From: Spirochaetota bacterium
Lineage (GTDB): Bacteria > Spirochaetota > Spirochaetia > Treponematales > UBA12059
NCBI GenBank assembly: GCA_003247225.1
Contig: QKAK01000057.1
Location: forward strand, 4,774 to 68,773
Length of the DNA: 64,000 bases
Direction: 5' to 3'
Shown here: in pieces, positions 36,888 to 45,252 of the stretch
How positions within the stretch are numbered: the first letter of the stretch is position 1
How the letters are laid out: every line of letters begins with the position of its first letter
Notes under the pieces: model-generated
Seen by the model: the letters and a program-made list of their open reading frames with translations, nothing else
Told to the model about the DNA's origin: nothing
The model's database searches: none
Translations under genes and position numbers: made by a program

Positions 36888-37943
36888 ATGGCGCGAAAGA
36901 ACCTGCTCAAGGGATTCAAGAGGCCGAAAGGCATCACGTACGAGCAGAGCGAGAGCTCTACCGATTACGGAAAGTTCATAGCATATCCCTTCGAGCCCGG
37001 GTACGGTACCACTATAGGCAACACCCTGCGCCGCATCCTCCTCTCGTCGATACAGGGCTACGCCATCACCGCCGTGCGCGTCACCAGGCACGACGAGGAT
37101 GGCGTCCAGCACGTCGTCTCGTCCGAATTCGAGACGATACCGGGGGTCTCCGAGGACACCATCGAGCTGCTCAATAACCTGAAGCAGCTCCGCCTGCAGC
37201 TACCCGACGACGAGGAGCAGGAGACGTTCGTCTACGAGTTCACCGGTCCCGCCGAGATCAAGGGCGCCGACCTGATGAAGGACAAGGCGCTCAGGGTCTT
37301 CAATCCCGCTACCCACCTCATGAGCCTGATGGACGGGGTGAAGCTCGAGGTGGAGCTCCAGGTCGACCTCGGCCGCGGCTACGTCCCGAGCGAGGTGAAC
37401 GAGAAGTATATCGAGGTCGTCGGCACCATACCGATGGACGCGATCTTCTCGCCGGTCAGCAAGGCGCGCTACTCGGTCGAGCCGACGCGCGTCGGGCACC
37501 GCTCCGACTACGACAAGCTCGTCCTCGAGGTGTGGACCGACGGCACGCTCAAGCCGGAGGACGCGCTCGCCGAGGCCGCCAAGATCGCCAAGGACCACTT
37601 CTCGATCTTCGTCAACTTCGACGAGGGCGAGCCGAGCATGGACGAGGAGAGCGACGAGCTCGACGAGAAGATCAAGGCCATCCTGACCACCCCGGTCGAG
37701 GAGCTCGAGCTTTCCGTCCGCTCGTCGAACTGCCTCAAGAACGCCAACATCAAGACGATCGGCGACCTGACGCGCAAGACCGAGGACGATATCGCCAAGA
37801 CGAGGAACTTCGGTAAGAAGTCCTTGCAGGAGATCAAGGACCGCCTCAAGGAATGGAACCTGGGCCTCGGCATGACCGACTACGCCGAGCTCCGGGAGCA
37901 CTTGAAGCTGGAGAAGCAGAAGGAAGATATCCATGAACCATAA
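36888..37943 (+). CDS. rpoA: DNA-directed RNA polymerase subunit alpha
   Basis: The ORF starts at GTG 36882, but ATG 36888 is better spaced from AAGGA. Motifs [17 protein letters not shown] and C-terminal [16 protein letters not shown]. Confidence 0.96.
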   Translation: MARKNLLKGFKRPKGITYEQSESSTDYGKFIAYPFEPGYGTTIGNTLRRILLSSIQGYAITAVRVTRHDEDGVQHVVSSEFETIPGVSEDTIELLNNLKQLRLQLPDDEEQETFVYEFTGPAEIKGADLMKDKALRVFNPATHLMSLMDGVKLEVELQVDLGRGYVPSEVNEKYIEVVGTIPMDAIFSPVSKARYSVEPTRVGHRSDYDKLVLEVWTDGTLKPEDALAEAAKIAKDHFSIFVNFDEGEPSMDEESDELDEKIKAILTTPVEELELSVRSSNCLKNANIKTIGDLTRKTEDDIAKTRNFGKKSLQEIKDRLKEWNLGLGMTDYAELREHLKLEKQKEDIHEP

Positions 37944-38487
37944 GAAGGGCTTCAATAAGCTGAACCGGAACGCCTCGCATCGTAAGGCTCTCCTCCGGAA
38001 TATGGCTACCGTCCTCTTCAAGCACGAGCGGATCGTGACGACGAAGGCGAAGGCCATCGAGGTCCGCCGGGTCGCCGAGAAGATGATCACCAGGGCCAAG
38101 GAAGACAGCGTGCACAACAGGCGCATCGTCGGCGAGAAGATCACCGACCAGGCCGTCCTGGCCAAGCTGTTCACCGACATCGGGCCCAGGATGAAGGACC
38201 GCAACGGCGGCTACACCCGCATACTGAAGATCGGCTTCCGCGACCAGGACGCCGCCAGCATGGTGGTGCTCGAGCTGGTCGACCACAAGCTCGACGGCGA
38301 CAAGAAGGCCGACAAGAAGAAGCCCGAGGCGAAGGCCAAGAAGGCCGAGCCCAAGGCCGCCCCGAAGGCCAAGAAGCCGGACGCCAAGGCGGACGGCAAG
38401 GCCAAGGCGCCGCGCGCGACGAAGAAGGCCGCCGAGGCCAAGAAGTCCGAGCCCGAGTCGGCCGAACCGGCCAAGTCGGCCGAGTAA
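37933..38487 (+). CDS. rplQ: 50S ribosomal protein L17 with a Lys/Ala-rich C-terminal extension
   Basis: [24 protein letters not shown]...; ~65-aa tail [38 protein letters not shown]... Confidence 0.96.
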   Translation: MNHKKGFNKLNRNASHRKALLRNMATVLFKHERIVTTKAKAIEVRRVAEKMITRAKEDSVHNRRIVGEKITDQAVLAKLFTDIGPRMKDRNGGYTRILKIGFRDQDAASMVVLELVDHKLDGDKKADKKKPEAKAKKAEPKAAPKAKKPDAKADGKAKAPRATKKAAEAKKSEPESAEPAKSAE

Positions 38488-38500
38488 GGGAGGAAGCACC

Positions 38501-38671
38501 ATGTCCAAGGCCCATCGCGGTAAGGGAATAGCCGATCAGCCCGACGGCGGTCGCGGGATCTGCCCCGTCTGCAAGCGCGGCGGCGTCAAGCTGCTGTACG
38601 AGCAGGAGATCGAGGGACAGAAGACCAAGATCTGCAAGATGTGCAAGGCTACGATCGCTAACAAGAAATAA
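38501..38671 (+). CDS. Small four-Cys zinc-ribbon-like protein (56 aa; not in the ORF track)
   Basis: Hand translation MSKAHRGKGIADQPDGGRGICPVCKRGGVKLLYEQEIEGQKTKICKMCKATIANKK. Strong SD AAGGGAGGAAG 5 nt upstream. It starts 14 nt after rplQ and is followed by the operon terminator. Confidence 0.6.
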   Translation: MSKAHRGKGIADQPDGGRGICPVCKRGGVKLLYEQEIEGQKTKICKMCKATIANKK

Positions 38672-38696
38672 GGCGGGGCTCAGTCCGCGTCGTAAG

Positions 38697-38729
38697 GGGA
38701 GGCCGCTCGCTAGCGGCCTCCCGTTTTTA
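38697..38729 (+). terminator. Intrinsic terminator closing the alpha operon
   Basis: GGGAGGCCGC-TCGCTA-GCGGCCTCCC followed by GTTTTTA. Confidence 0.8.
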
Positions 38730-38742
38730 TTACGGAGGTACC

Positions 38743-39654
38743 ATGGGCGACGATAGGCGGGACAAGTCGGGGACCGAGTCGATCGGGATGCTGTTCGGCG
38801 TGGGCGCGTACGGCCTCTGGGGCCTGTTCCCGCTGTACTGGAAGCGGCTGTCGTCGGTGCCGTCGCTGCAGATCCTGATGCATCGGATAGCCTGGGCCTT
38901 CGCGCTGACCTTCGCGCTGGCCCTGCTGCTCGGCAAGCGGCGGCTGATCGCGGAGCTGCTGCGCGACCGCAGGCGACTCGGCGCGACGATAGCGGCCGGC
39001 TTCCTCGTCAGCCTCAACTGGGGCATCTACATCTGGGCGGTCAACGCCGGGCATATCGTCGAGACCAGCATAGGGTACTTCCTGAACCCGCTCGTCTCGG
39101 TCGCCCTCGGCTCGCTCGTGCTCAAGGAGAGGATAGACCGCGGCATCAAGGCTGCCTGCGCGATCGCGGCGGTCGGGATAGCGGTGCTCACGGTATCGTA
39201 CGGCAAGCTGCCCTGGATAGCGCTGTCGCTCGCGGCCACCTTCTCGCTCTACGGCCTCATAAAGAAGCTGACTAACCTCGACGGGCTGACCGGCCTGGCG
39301 ATGGAGACCGCCCCGGTCATGCCGCTCGCGATCGGGTACCTGGTATTCGAGGAGCTGGCGGGGCGCGGGGCCTTCGGGCGGGCAGGGGGCGTCGAGACGG
39401 CCATGCTGGTGCTGGCCGGGGCGGTGACCGCCCTGCCGCTGTTCTTCTTCGCCGAGGGGGTAAAGCGGGTGCCGCTGTCGAGGATGGGCTTCCTGCAGTA
39501 CATCTCGCCGACGCTCCAGCTGGCGCTCGGGCTGTTCGTGTTCGGGGAGACGCTTACGGCGCCGAAGGCGGCCGCCTTCGCGTTCATCGTGGCGGCCCTG
39601 GTCGTGTTCGCGGCGACGAGGCCGAGGCGCGCCCGCGACGGCGGGGCCGACTAG
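38743..39654 (+). CDS. rarD: EamA/RarD-family (DMT superfamily) transporter
   Basis: GMLFGVGAYGLWGLFPLYWKRL...HRIAWAF is the RarD signature; ~10 TM segments. Confidence 0.8.
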   Translation: MGDDRRDKSGTESIGMLFGVGAYGLWGLFPLYWKRLSSVPSLQILMHRIAWAFALTFALALLLGKRRLIAELLRDRRRLGATIAAGFLVSLNWGIYIWAVNAGHIVETSIGYFLNPLVSVALGSLVLKERIDRGIKAACAIAAVGIAVLTVSYGKLPWIALSLAATFSLYGLIKKLTNLDGLTGLAMETAPVMPLAIGYLVFEELAGRGAFGRAGGVETAMLVLAGAVTALPLFFFAEGVKRVPLSRMGFLQYISPTLQLALGLFVFGETLTAPKAAAFAFIVAALVVFAATRPRRARDGGAD

Positions 39655-39667
39655 GCGCGCGTCGGGA

Positions 39668-40456
39668 TCACATCGAGGCCAGCTCCTCGTCGCGCCTGTC
39701 GGTGACGAACATGTGGCCCGGCGCGTGGGTCACCACGCGCTCAAGGCCGGCGTTCATGATCGCGGCCTGGGAGGTCACGCCGCAGGCCCAGAATACCGGC
39801 ACCTCGCCGGGCCTGATATCCACGGCGTCGCCGAAGTCGGGCGAGGCTATATCGCGTATCCCGAGCGCCGCCGGGTCCCCGGCGTGCACCGGCGCGCCGT
39901 GCACCTCCGGGAAGCGCCCCGTGACCTCGTAGGCCTCGGCTACCATAGCCTCGGGCATCGGCCTCATGCTGACGACCAGCTCCCCGGAGAAGGGGCCGGC
40001 TACGGCGCAGGGCCGGTCCGTACGGTACATCGGCACGTTCCGGCCCTGCTCGAGGTGGCGTACCGGCAGTCCGGCCGCGGCGAGGGCGCCCTCGAAGGTG
40101 AAGCTGCAGCCTATCAGGAACGATACGTAGTCGTCGTCCCAGCTACCGAGCAGGTCCGCCGGCTCGGCGACGAGGCGGCCGCGCTCGTAGACCCTGTAGC
40201 GCGGGATATCGGTACGCACGTCGGAATCGGCGGCTACGCGCGCGGCGGCCGTGGACCCGGCCTCGCAGACGTCGAGCACGGGGCAGGCCTTGCGGTTCCG
40301 CTGGCAGAACAACAGGAAGTCGAAGGCGTAGCGCGAAGGCAGCGCTACGAAATTAGCCTGGGCGTAGCCCGGGGCCAGGCTGGCCGTCGGGCCCGTCCAG
40401 GCGCCGGAGCGTACCGCCAGTCGCGCCGACCTACCGTCCAAGAGCCTCGTATCCAT
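39668..40456 (-). CDS. YcsI/DUF1445 (UPF0317) putative hydro-lyase, D-glutamate-cyclase-like
   Basis: Internal start [18 protein letters not shown] (GGAGG upstream) of ORF 39668..40921. Motifs [38 protein letters not shown] and VFWACGVT match my memory of the family. Homologue of B. subtilis ycsI, which sits in the pxp/kip operon. Confidence 0.7.
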   Translation of the reverse strand: MDTRLLDGRSARLAVRSGAWTGPTASLAPGYAQANFVALPSRYAFDFLLFCQRNRKACPVLDVCEAGSTAAARVAADSDVRTDIPRYRVYERGRLVAEPADLLGSWDDDYVSFLIGCSFTFEGALAAAGLPVRHLEQGRNVPMYRTDRPCAVAGPFSGELVVSMRPMPEAMVAEAYEVTGRFPEVHGAPVHAGDPAALGIRDIASPDFGDAVDIRPGEVPVFWACGVTSQAAIMNAGLERVVTHAPGHMFVTDRRDEELASM

Positions 40457-40479
40457 GATCGACCTCCATCTATCCGATT

Positions 40480-42285
40480 CTAGCGCGGCTCGACTTCGAC
40501 GTCGAAGCGCTCGCCGCCGACCGTCACCACGAAGCGGCGGACGACCGGCGCCGGCTGGCCGCGGATAAGCGCGGCCTCGAGCTCGCGTTCGCGCTCGAGC
40601 AGAGCGGCACCGGCCTCGGCGGCCGAGGCTATCTCGAAGCGTACGACGCCGCCCGGCGGCACCTGGGCCAGTACGCCCAGGTCCGCGCCGATCACGCTCG
40701 CTAGCCTCGGGTAGCCGCCGCAGGTCTGCCGGTCGGCCATCATCACGATCGGCATGCCGCTCGGCGGCGCCTGCACCGTACCGAAGTTGACTGCCGACGA
40801 GAGCATCTCGCGGGCGCCCCATCCGGCCATCGGCAGCGGGTCGCGGCCCTCGAGCCGGTAGCCCATGCGGTCCGAGTCGGCCGATACGCGGTACTCGCGC
40901 GACGCGAAGGCTTCGAGGCATCCGGGCCCGAGGGCGTCGGCCTCGGGCCCGGGGACGACGCGGACGCGCGCGGTCTCGCCGGCCGCGTAGAGCGGGACGC
41001 CGGGCGTCCGGGCTCGGACCGGCTCTCGATCCCGGTCGCCGGGGCCGAGGTTCGCGCCCGGCCGGCCGATAGGCAACCGGTCGCCGGCCTCGAGACGGCG
41101 GCCCGATACCCCGCCTAGGCGCGCGCGCGCGTAGGTGGAACGGGAGCCAAGGGCCGGTTCGACCGCGAAGCCGCCGGCGACGGCGACGTAGGAACGGGCT
41201 CCGCGCCCGACGGGCGGCATCTCGAGCACCGAGCCGCGCCTGGCGCGTACGCGCGCGTACATCGGAACGGGCTCTCCGTCGAGCGTCATAGGCGTCGGCG
41301 CGCCCGCCACGGCGAACTCTGCGTCGGACAGGAACTCGAGCGTCGGCCCTATCAGCGTCGTCTCGAGGCAGGCGGCCGACGGGGCGTTGCCGACGAGCCG
41401 GTTGGCGAGGCGGGCCGATAGTCGGTCCATGGCGCCGGAGACGGGGACGCCGTATTTCTGGTAGCCGCGGCGCCCGAGGTCCTGTATCGTCGTAGAAAGG
41501 CCGGGCTTGACGACTCGTATGGCCGCGGACTCCGGGCCGGACGGGGAATCGCAGGGATCTTCGCGCTCATCGGCGATGCCGCCCGGTTCGCGGCTCATCG
41601 ACTCGAACTCGTCATGGCCGATCGGATAGAAGCGCACCAAGTCGCCCGGACGCAGGACGGCCGGCGGCTCCTTTCGCGGGTCGAAGAGCCGCATGGGGGT
41701 GCGGCCTATCAGCTTCCAGCCGCCCGGGCTGTCGAAGGGGTATACGCCGGTCTGGCGGCCGGCTATCCCGACCGAGCCCGCGGGTATCCTGGGGCGGGGC
41801 GTCTTGAGCCGCCCCGAGGCGATGCGCTCGTCGACGCCGCCGAGGTACGGGAAGCCCGGCGCGAAGCCGAGCATGTATACCGGATAGTCCCTGCCACGGT
41901 GGACGGCCGCGACCTCGTCGGCCGACAGCCCCGCTTCAGCGGCTATCGACTCCAGGTCCGGCCCGGCGTCGCCGCCGTAGGCCACGGGCACGCGTACGAC
42001 CCTCCGCGCCTCGCCGCCCGGGACCGAAGGCCGCGCCGAGCGGACGAAGGCCTCGACCTTCGCGTGCGTCGTCAGGAGCGGATCGAAGTCTACCAGCACC
42101 GACGAATAGGCCGGGGACGCCTCGATGATCCCCTCGCCGGCCGGCCCGGCGGCTTTGGCCGCCTCTACGGCGTCCGCGAGCGAGCGCGCCCGCCCGTTCA
42201 GCTCCTCGGATAGCTCGTCCCCGAGCCGGACGAGCAGCGCGTCGTCGCCGAGCGGGACGCAGTCGAAGCGGCCCTGGCTAGCCAT
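40480..42285 (-). CDS. pxpBC: 5-oxoprolinase subunits PxpB-PxpC fused (KipI-KipA / allophanate hydrolase subunit 1+2 domains)
   Basis: The N-terminal ~230 aa are KipI/PxpB-like ([12 protein letters not shown]..., [10 protein letters not shown]). A linker follows, then a KipA/PxpC-like part ([32 protein letters not shown]...). Confidence 0.8.
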   Translation of the reverse strand: MASQGRFDCVPLGDDALLVRLGDELSEELNGRARSLADAVEAAKAAGPAGEGIIEASPAYSSVLVDFDPLLTTHAKVEAFVRSARPSVPGGEARRVVRVPVAYGGDAGPDLESIAAEAGLSADEVAAVHRGRDYPVYMLGFAPGFPYLGGVDERIASGRLKTPRPRIPAGSVGIAGRQTGVYPFDSPGGWKLIGRTPMRLFDPRKEPPAVLRPGDLVRFYPIGHDEFESMSREPGGIADEREDPCDSPSGPESAAIRVVKPGLSTTIQDLGRRGYQKYGVPVSGAMDRLSARLANRLVGNAPSAACLETTLIGPTLEFLSDAEFAVAGAPTPMTLDGEPVPMYARVRARRGSVLEMPPVGRGARSYVAVAGGFAVEPALGSRSTYARARLGGVSGRRLEAGDRLPIGRPGANLGPGDRDREPVRARTPGVPLYAAGETARVRVVPGPEADALGPGCLEAFASREYRVSADSDRMGYRLEGRDPLPMAGWGAREMLSSAVNFGTVQAPPSGMPIVMMADRQTCGGYPRLASVIGADLGVLAQVPPGGVVRFEIASAAEAGAALLERERELEAALIRGQPAPVVRRFVVTVGGERFDVEVEPR

Positions 42286-43048
42286 CGGCGCGGGAAAGGG
42301 GCCGTATATCGACGCCGGCCTCGCGGAGGGCCTTCGACAGCGCGGCCGCCAGCTCGAGCGCTCCGTCGCCGTCGCCGTGGAGGCAGATCGTATCGGGGCG
42401 CAGCTCCACGCGTTCGCCGCCGATAGCGGTCACGGATCCGTCGCTCACCATGCGGACGGCCCTGGCGGCGCAGGCGGCGGGATCGTCGATGACGGCGCCT
42501 GGCTGGCTGCGGGGGACGAGGGAACCGTCCGCGCGATAGGCGCGGTCCGCGAAGGCCTCGCCGGCGCAGCGGAGTCCTGCGGCGTTCCCGGCCTTGACGA
42601 GCTCCGATCCGTAGAGGCCGACGAGGACCAGCGACGGGTCGTAGGCGGCTACCGCCTCGGCTATGGCCACCGCGAGGTCGGTCCGCCTCGCCGCCATGTT
42701 GTAGAGCGCGCCGTGCGGCTTAACGTGCGTCAGCGCGACGCCGCGGGCAGCGGCGAACGCGCCGAGCGCGCCGACCTGGTAGAGCACCATCGCGCGCACC
42801 TCGTCGGCGCTCGCCGCCAGCTCCCGCCTACCGAAGCCGGCGAGGTCGGGGAAGCCCGGGTGGGCGCCGACCGAGACGCCGGCCGCCGCGGCCAGGGCGA
42901 CCGTGCGCTCCATGACCGACGGATCGCCGGCGTGGAAGCCGCACGCCACGTTGGCCGAGGTGACGTAGCGCAGCACGCCCTCGTCGTCCCCTATGGAATA
43001 GGCTCCGAAGCCCTCTCCCATGTCGCAATTCAGATCGACGCTAATCAT
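42278..43048 (-). CDS. pxpA: 5-oxoprolinase subunit PxpA (LamB/YcsF family)
   Basis: MISVDLNCDMGEGFGAYSIGDDEGVLRYVTSANVACGFHAGDPSVM is canonical LamB/YcsF. Confidence 0.9.
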   Translation of the reverse strand: MISVDLNCDMGEGFGAYSIGDDEGVLRYVTSANVACGFHAGDPSVMERTVALAAAAGVSVGAHPGFPDLAGFGRRELAASADEVRAMVLYQVGALGAFAAARGVALTHVKPHGALYNMAARRTDLAVAIAEAVAAYDPSLVLVGLYGSELVKAGNAAGLRCAGEAFADRAYRADGSLVPRSQPGAVIDDPAACAARAVRMVSDGSVTAIGGERVELRPDTICLHGDGDGALELAAALSKALREAGVDIRPLSRADG

Positions 43049-43973
43049 CGGGATTCCCCTCGCCTTCGATGGAGGTAGCGGCGCGTATGGCCTCGAGGGC
43101 GGCCAGGTCGGCCTCGGGGCTGACGCCGTCGACGGTAGGTTCGCGTCGGCCGGAGCAGCCGTCGACGCCGCCGGCCGCCGCGACGGCCTCGAGCATGGCC
43201 GTCTCGTCGCCCGGTCCGTGGAGGAGCCGGACGGTCCGGCCTTGGTCGCGCAGCAGCAGCTCGATCGCCCTGACGAGGGCGTACGCTCCCCAGTTGGACA
43301 CGCCGGCCACGATCAGCTCGTCGGCGCGCGTGACGGCCTTTATAGTAGGGCCGAGCGGCACCCGCTCGTCTATGATGGCGCCGATGGAGCCCATGCCCAG
43401 CTCGTTGCCTCCGTCGCCGACCGCCACGGAGACGGCGCCGTGGTCGGCGGCCCTGGCGACGAGCGCGTCGGCGTCCGGCACGAGCGCGCGCATGTCGGAG
43501 CCGCGCATCGAGTAGAAGCCGCCGTCGGCCGCCTTGCCCGGCCGCTCGACGGCCACGACGACGTCCGGCCGGAAATCCGACAGGATGGAGACGCAGGAGG
43601 CTTCCCCGTCGGCGGGAGATAGCGCTTGGACGCGCGGACGCTCCCCGAGCGCGGCCGCGGCCGCCTCGACCAACGCGGCCGAGTAGCCGTCGGTGACGAT
43701 GCGGACGTCCTTGCCGAGGCGGGCCAGGGCCCTCGCCAGTACGGCGGCGCCCGGCGGGCCGTCGCTCTCGCCGACCCCGGCCCGCTCTATCAGGAAGCCG
43801 GTAACGATCAGGACCCTGTCGGCCCTTGCGAGCCCGGACGCTGCCCGCCGGATAGCGCCCCGTAGCGCGGCGCGTAGCCGCGGGTCCCCGCATAGCCCTC
43901 GGCCGCCCGGATCGTCGGCGAGCGCGGCCTCGATCGACGTCGGGCCGGTCGCCGCTTTCTGTGAAACGCTCAT
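43041..43973 (-). CDS. DUF4392 (glutamate-cyclase-domain) protein
   Basis: Motifs ESDGPPGA, VERPGKAADG, GDGGNELGMG and VSNWGAYAL match my recollection of DUF4392. 8-nt overlap with pxpA. Confidence 0.6.
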   Translation of the reverse strand: MSVSQKAATGPTSIEAALADDPGGRGLCGDPRLRAALRGAIRRAASGLARADRVLIVTGFLIERAGVGESDGPPGAAVLARALARLGKDVRIVTDGYSAALVEAAAAALGERPRVQALSPADGEASCVSILSDFRPDVVVAVERPGKAADGGFYSMRGSDMRALVPDADALVARAADHGAVSVAVGDGGNELGMGSIGAIIDERVPLGPTIKAVTRADELIVAGVSNWGAYALVRAIELLLRDQGRTVRLLHGPGDETAMLEAVAAAGGVDGCSGRREPTVDGVSPEADLAALEAIRAATSIEGEGNPDD

Positions 43974-44001
43974 GATGCTCCTCGAGGCCCGTTCCGACCG
44001 G

Positions 44002-45252
44002 CTAGGCCCTTACGCCGACGATCTTGCCGCGCTTGACGACGGCGCCGACGAGGTTCATGCCCACGTGGTACGCCAGGTGGCGGTACGACGGGGCGTCCAG
44101 CACGAGCAGGTCGGCCAGCTTGCCCGCCTCTATAGAGCCGCGGTCGCCGGCGAGGCCGAGCGCGGCGGCCGCGTTCAGGGTCAGCGCGGTCAGCGTCTCC
44201 TCGATCGTCATGCCCATGTACAGCACGGCGAGGGCCGCGGCCAGGGGGATGGACTGGCTGTAGCACGAGCCGGGGTTGAGGTCGGACGCTACGGCGACCG
44301 CCAGACCGCGGTCTACCATCGCCCTGGCGGGCGCGTACGGCTCGCGCAGGCTGAACGCGGTCAGCGGCAGGCAGGTCGCGACGACGCCGGCCTCCGCCAT
44401 CGCCCCGAGATCGTCGTCGGACGCCTTGAGCAGGTGGTCGGCGCTGACCGCGCCTACGGCCGCGGCCAGGCCGGCGCCGCCTAGCCGGACGATCTCGTCG
44501 GCGTGCAGCTTGACGCCGAAGCCCATCGACCTGGCCGCCTCGAGGAAGCGCCTCGAGTCGTCGAGCTCGAAGACCCCGCGCTCGCAGAAGACGTCGCAGA
44601 AACGCGCCAGGCCGCCTTCCTTGACCCGCGGCAGCACCTCGCGTATCGCGAAGTCGATGTATCCCGACGGGTTTCCCTTGTATTCGACGGGGATGGAATG
44701 CGGGCCCATATAGGTCGATACGATATCGACCGGCTGCCTCGCATCGAGCAGCCGCATGACCTCGAGCTGGCGGAGCTCGGTCTCCAGGTCGAGGCCGTAG
44801 CCCGACTTGCCCTCGACGGTGGTGACGCCGAGCCCGAGCATCCGCTCGAGCCGGGCGGCGGCGCTCGCCTCGAGCTCCTCGGCCGAGGCGTTCCGCGTGT
44901 CGCGCACCGTGTTGGCTATGCCGCCCCCGCGGGCGTGGATCTCCATATACGGCAGGCCCTCGGCCCGCCAGAAGAACTCGTCGTCTCGGTAGCCGCCGAA
45001 CACGAAATGGGTGTGCGAGTCGACGAAGCCCGGTACGACGGCGCCTCCGCGCGCGTCGACGCGCTCTGGCGGCGGCCCGTCGAGCCTCGGCAGCTCGGAG
45101 GCAGGGCCGGCCCAGGCTATCGTCTCCACGTCGACGGCGACGGCGGCGTCGCGGACGATCCGCAACTCTCGCATGCGAGCGCCGGCGCGAGCCGACGAGC
45201 CGACGGGCGTCGCCAGCTCGCCGATGTTCTCGATCAGCAGCGTCGCCCTCAT
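44002..45252 (-). CDS. hutI: Imidazolonepropionase
   Basis: 416 aa amidohydrolase; motifs PGFVDSHTHFVFGG, KLHADE, VSADHL and ASDLNPGS. Confidence 0.9.
   Translation of the reverse strand: MRATLLIENIGELATPVGSSARAGARMRELRIVRDAAVAVDVETIAWAGPASELPRLDGPPPERVDARGGAVVPGFVDSHTHFVFGGYRDDEFFWRAEGLPYMEIHARGGGIANTVRDTRNASAEELEASAAARLERMLGLGVTTVEGKSGYGLDLETELRQLEVMRLLDARQPVDIVSTYMGPHSIPVEYKGNPSGYIDFAIREVLPRVKEGGLARFCDVFCERGVFELDDSRRFLEAARSMGFGVKLHADEIVRLGGAGLAAAVGAVSADHLLKASDDDLGAMAEAGVVATCLPLTAFSLREPYAPARAMVDRGLAVAVASDLNPGSCYSQSIPLAAALAVLYMGMTIEETLTALTLNAAAALGLAGDRGSIEAGKLADLLVLDAPSYRHLAYHVGMNLVGAVVKRGKIVGVRA

Noticed and set aside
39668-40921. The full 417-aa ORF, considered as a longer version of the DUF1445 protein overlapping pxpBC.
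   Set aside because: The N-terminal 155 aa are Arg/Pro/Gly-rich junk overlapping the pxpBC 3' end. An SD (GGAGG) precedes the internal MDTRLL start, and that start gives the family-typical ~260-aa length.
43045-43893. An alternate-frame 282-aa ORF and others (43020-43622, 43069-43515, 43693-44484) overlap the DUF4392 gene and hutI.
   Set aside because: Their products are extremely Arg/Gly/Pro-rich with no motifs. The 43041-43973 frame carries recognisable DUF4392 motifs and operon-style overlaps.
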